Of a stretch of 31,220 nucleotides of DNA, positions 29,144 through 31,220 are shown in pieces. The position numbers were made by a program, and so were the translations under genes. Every line of letters starts with the position of its first letter. The stretch's first letter is position 1. The notes under the pieces are model-generated. The model ran no database searches. It was not told the DNA's origin and was given only the letters and a program-made list of their open reading frames with translations. Origin of the DNA: a virus (Duplodnaviria; Caudoviricetes); the IMG/VR virus record IMGVR_UViG_3300020395_000058, positions 1 to 31,220 of that record. One strand, written 5' to 3'.

Positions 29144-29544
29144 TATACCCTTGTCGGTTGTAGTAAGAACTCTATATTTTGTGGAGGAAATGGTAATCCT
29201 GTGATTTCATACTCAATACGAATCGATAATTCGTTAGAATCAGGTACAACTCTCGCAATTACATTCTTTAGTGTGACCCTTTTTTCATAGTTTTTAATTA
29301 AAGTAGTAACTTCTCTCTCTAAAAAGTCTGAAATATCACTTAAATTGTTCTCGAATAATGAATCTTCAATGGATGTACCTAACAATTCATTAAAAAACCG
29401 TTCATTTATGCGAGTTCGGCATAAATTGATAACGGATTTCTTAATTGCGTCCTCATTTTTGAGCACAGTCACGTCATTAGTCACAGGATGTCTCTTAAAA
29501 GACAAACTGATATCCTTAAATGCACGAGATACTTTAACGGCCAT
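29143..29544 (-). CDS. g25: Baseplate wedge subunit gp25
   Basis: FKDISLSF.RHPVTNDV..LKNEDAIKKSV.NL..T...ERFF...G, I.NYEKRV; TAATG-coupled to g6. Confidence 0.95.
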   Translation of the reverse strand: MAVKVSRAFKDISLSFKRHPVTNDVTVLKNEDAIKKSVINLCRTRINERFFNELLGTSIEDSLFENNLSDISDFLEREVTTLIKNYEKRVTLKNVIARVVPDSNELSIRIEYEITGLPFPPQNIEFLLQPTRV

Positions 29545-29589
29545 CCAAATTTATATACTGTGTTAGTATATCTATAATGGTTACTGCTA

Positions 29590-29597
29590 TATTTAGT
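29590..29597 (-). promoter_or_regulatory. Probable late promoter ACTAAATA for the baseplate operon (second variant TATAGATA at 29569-29576)
   Basis: In the gap upstream of g25; matches the TAAATA core. Confidence 0.55.
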
Positions 29598-29599
29598 GG

Positions 29600-29764
29600 T
29601 TAATACCGACTTGGAATTTTAGAGTAATCATCATCTGCCCATTCGATGACTATTTTCTTACCATAATTACGTGATTGATCACCTGTATAGAGGTAAGAAA
29701 AAGTGCCTCCGACTAATTCGGAAGCACGTTTAGCATGTTCTAATGCCTTTTCTATATTATTCAT
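29600..29764 (-). CDS. Hypothetical protein (54 aa)
   Basis: Hand-translated: MNNIEKALEHAKRASELVGGTFSYLYTGDQSRNYGKKIVIEWADDDYSKIPSRY; overlaps the upstream ORF by 8 nt and tiles the gap. Confidence 0.7.
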   Translation of the reverse strand: MNNIEKALEHAKRASELVGGTFSYLYTGDQSRNYGKKIVIEWADDDYSKIPSRY

Positions 29765-29912
29765 TTAGTAATACTCTTACTCGTAGATCATTGGGGTTGT
29801 ATCCTTCTTGGATTAAAGCATTCAATTTGGTGTTTGCTTCGTCTTTAGTAAGACCAGTGTGAACTTCTGTCCATCCAGAAGTACATAATTCTTCGATACG
29901 GTAGAGTTTCAT
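29757..29912 (-). CDS. Hypothetical protein (51 aa)
   Basis: Hand-translated: MKLYRIEELCTSGWTEVHTGLTKDEANTKLNALIQEGYNPNDLRVRVLLNE; ATGA overlap with the upstream ORF. Confidence 0.75.
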   Translation of the reverse strand: MKLYRIEELCTSGWTEVHTGLTKDEANTKLNALIQEGYNPNDLRVRVLLNE

Positions 29913-30049
29913 CTTCCTTGACCTCTTGTTCTTTTCTTTGCCTTGTTTCGGGCGGTTGCAGCATATTTAGTATGCTTTCCTCTTCCTTGTCTCGTCTTTT
30001 TCGGTGTGGATTCAACTTGTGTTTCACCACTTAGACTTCTCATTCCCAT
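29909..30049 (-). CDS. Small very basic protein (46 aa)
   Basis: Hand-translated: MGMRSLSGETQVESTPKKTRQGRGKHTKYAATARNKAKKRTRGQGR; GAGG RBS upstream; ATGA-coupled to the next ORF. Confidence 0.78.
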   Translation of the reverse strand: MGMRSLSGETQVESTPKKTRQGRGKHTKYAATARNKAKKRTRGQGR

Positions 30050-30120
30050 TGTTTAATACCTCATAATGAACTTTTACGACGATTTTTTTTCGCCAATTTT
30101 AACGCGGCCTGAAGAGAGAG

Positions 30121-30867
30121 TTAAATGACTCTCATCTTCTCATGACCCACTCTGATAGTAGGATCACACCAAATCTCATAACCTGCATCCATTGCGTCTA
30201 GGCAGAATGAGACATCCTCCCCACACATATCCTGTACTTCCCCTGACTCAAATACTTGCATCTTGGGAGCAAACCAAGGATAGGGGAGTTTCTCGAACAC
30301 ACCATTCTTAATCAGAACCCATCCGAAACCTGTATAGTCTACTGTAAATGGTTTCTTTCTCTTACTTAGAGACTCTAAGGTTTCATGATTCATGACTCCA
30401 CCATTCTTACGGAAGTCTCCTTCTTCTAACCAGTGAGCCACAGAACTCGTTCGTCCGTCTTCGGTACAGTACCAACCTGCTGCGATATCCTTATCCATCG
30501 CAACCAACTTATAAAACTTCTCTGTATCGAATACTATATCGGAGTCGATCCATAGTTGGTAGTCGTACTTCAAGTTGCCGTCCCAAGGTTTTTGGTCAGG
30601 TCCCCTGAGTACATTCGCACCTAGACACTTGCACCGTGCGAAGTTAACCATCGACGAATAATCCTGAGATATCTGAATTGCTGCACCGTTCTGTACAAGA
30701 TCAAAACACAACTGTACAAAGTTCTTCAGAAAGATATATGAAACTCCTCTTCCAGGTAAACAGAATACTACTGTTTTTCCTTTAATTGCTTCTCGTGCAG
30801 CAGCAATGTCAAATTCTTGTTTCTTTGCCTTTGGTGCTTCTGCTTTTACTGTAAATCCTTTTGCCAT
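30121..30867 (-). CDS. Glycosyltransferase-like protein (GT-A fold, GT2-like)
   Basis: ARCK.L, YQLWIDSDIVF (DxD), GFGWVLIK..VFE, GEDVSFC, GYEIWCDP....GH; GAGG RBS. Confidence 0.8.
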   Translation of the reverse strand: MAKGFTVKAEAPKAKKQEFDIAAAREAIKGKTVVFCLPGRGVSYIFLKNFVQLCFDLVQNGAAIQISQDYSSMVNFARCKCLGANVLRGPDQKPWDGNLKYDYQLWIDSDIVFDTEKFYKLVAMDKDIAAGWYCTEDGRTSSVAHWLEEGDFRKNGGVMNHETLESLSKRKKPFTVDYTGFGWVLIKNGVFEKLPYPWFAPKMQVFESGEVQDMCGEDVSFCLDAMDAGYEIWCDPTIRVGHEKMRVI

Positions 30868-30890
30868 AACCTCAGAATCATTATGTGTAT

Positions 30891-30919
30891 ATTATACCAC
30901 TTCAATTCAATAATTGCAA
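30891..30919 (-). promoter_or_regulatory. Sigma70-type (early) promoter for the glycosyltransferase-like gene
   Basis: TTGCAA (30919-30914), 17-nt spacer, extended -10 TGg-TATAAT (30896-30891), 23 nt upstream of the ATG. Confidence 0.85.
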
Positions 30920-30927
30920 TGGTGTAG

Positions 30928-31068
30928 TTATATATACTCCTCTTCTAACTTAAATATAAGTTCTTCCATGTTATCTTTAAGGGTCGGTTCTTCTGTTAAA
31001 TGTGTGTCGTTCTCTAATCGATAGTGAAGGGTTTCGATAATTAAGTCTTTTTCATATTGATCTATCAT
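30928..31068 (-). CDS. Small acidic hypothetical protein (46 aa)
   Basis: Hand-translated: MIDQYEKDLIIETLHYRLENDTHLTEEPTLKDNMEELIFKLEEEYI; GGAG RBS 8 nt upstream. Confidence 0.65.
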   Translation of the reverse strand: MIDQYEKDLIIETLHYRLENDTHLTEEPTLKDNMEELIFKLEEEYI

Positions 31069-31102
31069 TGGTTTTACTCCAACTCATTAAAAATTATATA
31101 TG

Positions 31103-31147
31103 AAAAATAAAACCCCTGTGCTACATTATAGCCAGGGGAATTTTTTT
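31103..31147. terminator. Probable bidirectional intrinsic terminator
   Basis: Hairpin CCCCTG(t)GCTA-catta-TAGC-CAGGGG (31113-31138), with an A-rich tract on the left and T7 on the right. Confidence 0.6.
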
Positions 31148-31220
31148 ATGCTGTGGGTATTTGAAGGGCGTTTTATATCTCAGAATTTTTTTATTATCCT
31201 TATATCACTCTCTCGAATTG

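Noticed and set aside
29345-29566. 73-aa plus-strand ORF
   Set aside because: Antisense to g25; no support.
29845-30030. 61-aa minus-strand ORF in the track
   Set aside because: It overlaps two better ORFs in other frames (29909-30049, 29757-29912) that have an RBS, ATG starts and an ATGA coupling.
30050-30120. GC-containing intergenic stretch with an A8 tract and CTCTCTCTTC, a possible structured RNA or RBS-sequestering element
   Set aside because: Only weak 3-5 bp pairings found by eye; cannot be supported without covariation analysis.
1-31220. CRISPR array, tRNA, DGR template/variable repeats or invertible segment
   Set aside because: No regularly spaced DNA repeats, cloverleaf, near-identical repeat pair, reverse transcriptase or recombinase seen; the repeats are diverged and protein-level. 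The window is almost fully coding.

Overview
This is an AT-rich segment of a T4-like myovirus genome, most consistent with a marine cyanomyovirus (Kyanoviridae, P-SSM2/S-SM2-like gene order). All credible genes lie on the minus strand. In transcription order: a 46-aa ORF, a GT-A-type glycosyltransferase-like gene behind a near-consensus sigma70 promoter, three small ORFs missed by the ORF track, baseplate g25-g6-g7 (3551 aa)-g8, a 2423-aa VrlC/DUF4815-like protein, a small fibre/adaptor cluster, neck g13-g14, tail terminator g15, small terminase g16, a 299-aa Lys-rich modular protein, and the 5' part of large terminase g17, which runs off the window. T4-type late promoters (TATAAATA/CTAAATA) punctuate the operon. 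The best lead is the central ~157 aa of the ORF between g16 and g17. It matches the motif order of phage SAM lyases (T3 SAMase family), is bracketed by (I/L)-x-E prohead-protease-like sites and follows a late promoter, which suggests a capsid-packaged, injected anti-restriction enzyme. A second lead is a G-[IVL]-x-[ST] motif saturating the outer virion proteins next to a glycosyltransferase. All family assignments are from motif recognition and synteny; no database searches were run.
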